In this document: piece by piece, positions 52,503 to 55,564 of the stretch
Position numbering within the stretch: the stretch's first letter is position 1
Layout of the letters: the number at the start of each line of letters is the position of its first letter
DNA from: a virus
Lineage: Duplodnaviria > Caudoviricetes
DNA length: 55,564 bases
Strand: one strand, 5' to 3'
IMG/VR virus record: IMGVR_UViG_3300034251_000009
Location: 1-55,564 of that record
Translations under genes and position numbers: made by a program
Notes under the pieces: model-generated
What the model was told of the DNA's origin: nothing
Seen by the model: the letters and a program-made list of their open reading frames with translations, nothing else
Databases searched by the model: none

Positions 52503-52768
52503 CAGAGGTCGCTCCCCTGGAAGTCGAAGAACCTGAGGGCGGTCTCCGGGCCGACGGCCTGGTAGACGGCGGCGATGAAGTGGGGTCCGGGGTTCTGCTT
52601 GCCGGCGCGGACGCGGCTCATGGTGGCGATGCCGCAGCCGATGAGGCGGGCCTTCTTGACGTTGCTGTCGTAGCCGCGCGGCTCGGTGTAGGCGTCGAAC
52701 TCGCTGGTCAGAAACCTGACGACGCGCTTCGGCGCGGCCGGGGGGCTCGGCGTCGCTGTTCCGTTCAT
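52502..52768 (-). CDS. Cro-like HTH regulator (probably leaderless)
   Basis: KARLIGCGIATMSRVRAGKQNPG HTH; TAGCGT -10 box 7 nt before ATG; divergent from repressor. Confidence 0.8.
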   Translation of the reverse strand: MNGTATPSPPAAPKRVVRFLTSEFDAYTEPRGYDSNVKKARLIGCGIATMSRVRAGKQNPGPHFIAAVYQAVGPETALRFFDFQGSDL

Positions 52769-52982
52769 GGGAGGAACGCTAGACCTATCCGTCCGTGGAT
52801 AGCAACAGAACATGCGTCATCTGAAGGGGTGGTTTCCGGGGACGGATCGGACTAGTTAGCCTTCCGTTCATGGAAGACATGACCATGAGTGGATACGCCC
52901 GTCACCGAGGGACGGCGGTGGTGATCCCCCGTCCGCGACCCGCCGGGGACGACCTACGCCTAGACTCCTTCCACATGCGGAA
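52759..52982. promoter_or_regulatory. Immunity region with five 14-bp operators WTCCR-N4-YGGAW
   Basis: Sites at 52759 (one mismatch), 52787, 52834, 52862, 52969; sixth at 53462. Confidence 0.8.
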
Positions 52983-53400
52983 AGGGTCGGACGAGCCAAC
53001 GGAGTTCGGATACTTCGTCATGGCCAAGATGGCGGAGCACGACCCGCCTCTGAGCCAGGCCGAGCTGGCCCGGCGTACCGGCGTGGGTCAGGCCACCATC
53101 TCGCGGTGGATCTTCTCCCCCGGCCGGCCGAACTCGGAGAAGCTGCGCCTGCTCGCCAATACCCTCGGCGTGGACTACACCCAGCTGCTGACCATCGCCG
53201 GGTACGGGGCGCCCTCCGAGGACATCACCGACGCGCTGTCCGAGCTCCGCCCGGAGGTCGACCCGCTGTCCGGGGAGCTGTCGGCGATGCTCGCGCCGGG
53301 CTCCGCACTGAGCGATGAGGACCGCGCGTTTCTGCGCCATACGGTCGACCGGTTGATCGACCCTTATCGAAGGACCATGCGCCGTCGCCGTTCAGCGTGA
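52975..53400 (+). CDS. CI-like XRE repressor
   Basis: LSQAELARRTGVGQATISRW..P..L..LA.TLGV; TAGACT -10 box 8 nt before this ATG (alternative start 52870). Confidence 0.88.
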   Translation: MRKGSDEPTEFGYFVMAKMAEHDPPLSQAELARRTGVGQATISRWIFSPGRPNSEKLRLLANTLGVDYTQLLTIAGYGAPSEDITDALSELRPEVDPLSGELSAMLAPGSALSDEDRAFLRHTVDRLIDPYRRTMRRRRSA

Positions 53401-53461
53401 ATATTCGGTTACCCCGAAGGGTTGATCGCATCCGGACGGTGATCCACGATGGTGCATTGCC

Positions 53462-53475
53462 TTCCATCTACGGAT
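53462..53475. promoter_or_regulatory. Sixth operator, upstream of the membrane protein-integrase operon
   Basis: TTCCATCTACGGAT fits the consensus. Confidence 0.65.
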
Positions 53476-53547
53476 AGTCCGGACCGCGCTACGCGTAGTG
53501 ATCTTGGAGGGTGTCACCTGGGGGGATCATCGTCCGAAGGGGAGGAC

Positions 53548-53955
53548 ATGCACAAGCTACGTATCGTCGGCATCGGGGCCGCCATCACGTCCGCCCTCTG
53601 TGCCATCGCAGCCATCTGCGCCCACCACTACGAACTGCCGTTGGCCAGGGCATATCTGGTCGTGACCGCTGCCGGTGCGGGGTTCTCGGTCATGCCGATC
53701 TACTGCACGACGGTCGCCGTACGTGCCTTGCGGGGAGCCCGCGAAGAGGTCCACGACATCGTCACCGCGGAGACCCGGGCCCTGCATCGGGCCATGGTCG
53801 TCACCATGGAGCAATACGGTGACAGGAGGGCCGTAGACGCGGTCATTGCCGCCGAACGGCGCCACGCGCTGAACGAACGGGGCGTGGAAACCACCGATTT
53901 GCAGTACGTCGGACGGGTGAACACCGGCAACGTGACGCCCATACGTAAACCCTGA
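53548..53955 (+). CDS. Two-TM membrane protein coupled to the integrase
   Basis: RBS GGAGG; two hydrophobic helices; TGATG overlap with int. Confidence 0.75.
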   Translation: MHKLRIVGIGAAITSALCAIAAICAHHYELPLARAYLVVTAAGAGFSVMPIYCTTVAVRALRGAREEVHDIVTAETRALHRAMVVTMEQYGDRRAVDAVIAAERRHALNERGVETTDLQYVGRVNTGNVTPIRKP

Positions 53956-55415
53956 TGGCCGGTAGTCGTGCACGGCTGGCCGCGGTGCCGCAACGGCCGC
54001 TGCGGGTGGTGCTCTACGTGCGGGTCAGCGCGCTGATGGGCCGCGGGGGACGCGAGAACTTCCACAGCCCGGACGTGCAGATCGGTGCGATGCGCCGGCT
54101 GACCGAGAAGATGCGCGAGATCGCCGTCGTCCAGGACCTCGACCGCGGCGGTCGCAACTTCGACCGTGAGGGCATCATCCGGATCCGCCGTATGGCCGAG
54201 CGCGGTGAGGTGGACGCCCTGGCCGTCTATGACGTCAGCCGTCTCGGCCGCAACGTGCGCGAGTCCCTGGAGTTCCTCGCCGACCTCGCCGACCGCGGGG
54301 TGGTCATCCTCAGCGCCAGCGAGCACGTCGACACCTCCGATCCCGCAGGCCGGCTGATGCTGACCAACATGCTGGCCATCGCCGAGTACCGCTCGGATGA
54401 GATCGGCCGGTCCTGGTCGGCGGCGATCGCCCGGCGCGCCGAGAAGGGCGTGCACCACGGCAACCCGATCGGCTACACCCGCGTGGACGGCAAGCTGCGC
54501 CCCGACCCGATCCTGGGCCCGGCCGTGGCAAAGATGTGGGCCGACTACGCCGCCGGGCTGCCCATTTCGCAGATCTGCCGCGAGCTCGCCGCGGTGCGGG
54601 GCGGGAAGATGCAGGCCAGCATCGTCAAGAAGGCGTTCCGCCGGCCCGTCTACCTCGGCCATGTGGTCGCCGACGGGCAGGTCGTCGTCCGTGACGCGCA
54701 CCCCGCGCTGGTCGACCAGGCCACCTGGGAGATCGTGCAGTTGCGTCTGGCCGCCGACCGGACCACCCCGCCCCGGGCGCTGCAGGTGACCTGGGCGCTG
54801 GTCGGTATCGCCTTCTGCCCCTGCGGTGCCCGCCTGCAGCGCAACCCACGCCTGCGCAAGGGTGTGCTCGAGCAGCGGCTCAAGTGCGGCAAGGGCCCGT
54901 CGCGGGGCATCGTCGGCGAGCACTGCCCGGGTATCGGGTTCCCGATGATGGACCGGATCCAGGACGAGGTGCTGCGCCAGGTCGCCGAGTACGTCCGGCA
55001 GTTGCGTACCGACGACGTGGCCCGCTCCGAGCAGCTGCTGCGCCGCACCAACGCGATGGCCGACGGCCGGGCGCTGCGCCGCCGCCTGTCCCACGTCCAG
55101 GAGGCTGTCGCCAAGCTGGCCCGGTCCTGGGCCCTGGGCGACCTGACCGACGACGAGTTCCGCCCGGCGACCGCGCAGCTGCGCTCGGAGGCGGAGGCGT
55201 TGCGGGCCCGGCTGGGCGAGCTCGGTGATGTCGAGTCGCGGCCCACCCCGGAGGAGGCGGCCTCGGCGGCGGAGGCGCTGGTGGAGATGTGGCCGGACAT
55301 GCTGGTCTCGGAGCGGAACCTGGCGCTGCGGGCGTTGGTGGAGCGGGTGGTGGTCAGGCGCGCGGATCGGTGGCGTGAGCCGGAGGCCGACCGGGTCATG
55401 ATCACCTGGCGTTAG
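53955..55415 (+). CDS. int: Large serine integrase
   Basis: YVRVS catalytic Ser, DVSRLGRN, recombinase domain PIGY..HPALVD..W, zinc ribbon CPCG..C..C, coiled coil. Confidence 0.95.
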   Translation: MAGSRARLAAVPQRPLRVVLYVRVSALMGRGGRENFHSPDVQIGAMRRLTEKMREIAVVQDLDRGGRNFDREGIIRIRRMAERGEVDALAVYDVSRLGRNVRESLEFLADLADRGVVILSASEHVDTSDPAGRLMLTNMLAIAEYRSDEIGRSWSAAIARRAEKGVHHGNPIGYTRVDGKLRPDPILGPAVAKMWADYAAGLPISQICRELAAVRGGKMQASIVKKAFRRPVYLGHVVADGQVVVRDAHPALVDQATWEIVQLRLAADRTTPPRALQVTWALVGIAFCPCGARLQRNPRLRKGVLEQRLKCGKGPSRGIVGEHCPGIGFPMMDRIQDEVLRQVAEYVRQLRTDDVARSEQLLRRTNAMADGRALRRRLSHVQEAVAKLARSWALGDLTDDEFRPATAQLRSEAEALRARLGELGDVESRPTPEEAASAAEALVEMWPDMLVSERNLALRALVERVVVRRADRWREPEADRVMITWR

Positions 55416-55525
55416 TGCACGTCTGCGGGCTCTGACTACCGTGCAGGCAGTCCATCATCCAACACCGTTGTGCCTGGTCAAGGCCCTTTCGGGGTGGCGT
55501 TGTCACCACGCGGCAGGTGACCCCT
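55416..55525. other. Probable attP region
   Basis: Gap between converging int and toxin genes; imperfect inverted repeat GTCTGC..GCAGGC at 55421-55448. Confidence 0.5.
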
Positions 55526-55564
55526 CTATTCGGTGGGGTCCTTCACCTCGGTTGCGGTGTCACC
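55438..55564 (+). repeat. Terminal direct repeat, right copy
   Basis: Identical to 1..127. Confidence 0.97.

Larger units (their letters stand above)
1..55564. mobile_element. Complete temperate siphovirus genome (circular/excised form) carrying a TraB-type conjugation module
   Basis: Full set of packaging, head, tail, lysis, replication, immunity and integrase genes; identical ends; no host housekeeping genes. Confidence 0.95.

Overview
The window is a complete, circularly assembled genome (about 55.4 kb plus a 127-bp end overlap) of a high-GC temperate siphovirus. The host is probably a filamentous actinomycete, most likely Micromonosporaceae-like (inference). Core modules: serine integrase with a probable intact attP, CI/Cro switch with six 14-bp operators, antirepressor, WhiB, orphan C5 methyltransferase, family A polymerase, primase-helicase with a candidate origin, HNH/TerS/TerL/portal/capsid/tail genes (with a -1 frameshift in the tail chaperone) and lysis genes. 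The unusual part is the ~10 kb next to attP. It holds (i) a whole actinomycete-type conjugative transfer operon (DUF2637/Spd-like membrane protein plus TraB-like FtsK ATPase, divergent regulators), which makes the element a candidate virion-forming phage/AICE hybrid; (ii) inside that operon, a translationally coupled array of 11 basic microproteins of 34-60 aa joined by repeated junctions; (iii) an XRE-HTH/DUF5919-like + CYTH (class IV cyclase-like) + stand-alone beta-barrel operon that looks like a nucleotide-signalling circuit; (iv) a TumE/TumA-like toxin-antitoxin pair. A strongly paired three-way-junction ncRNA candidate lies antisense in the lysis region. All family assignments come from motif recognition by eye; no searches were run.
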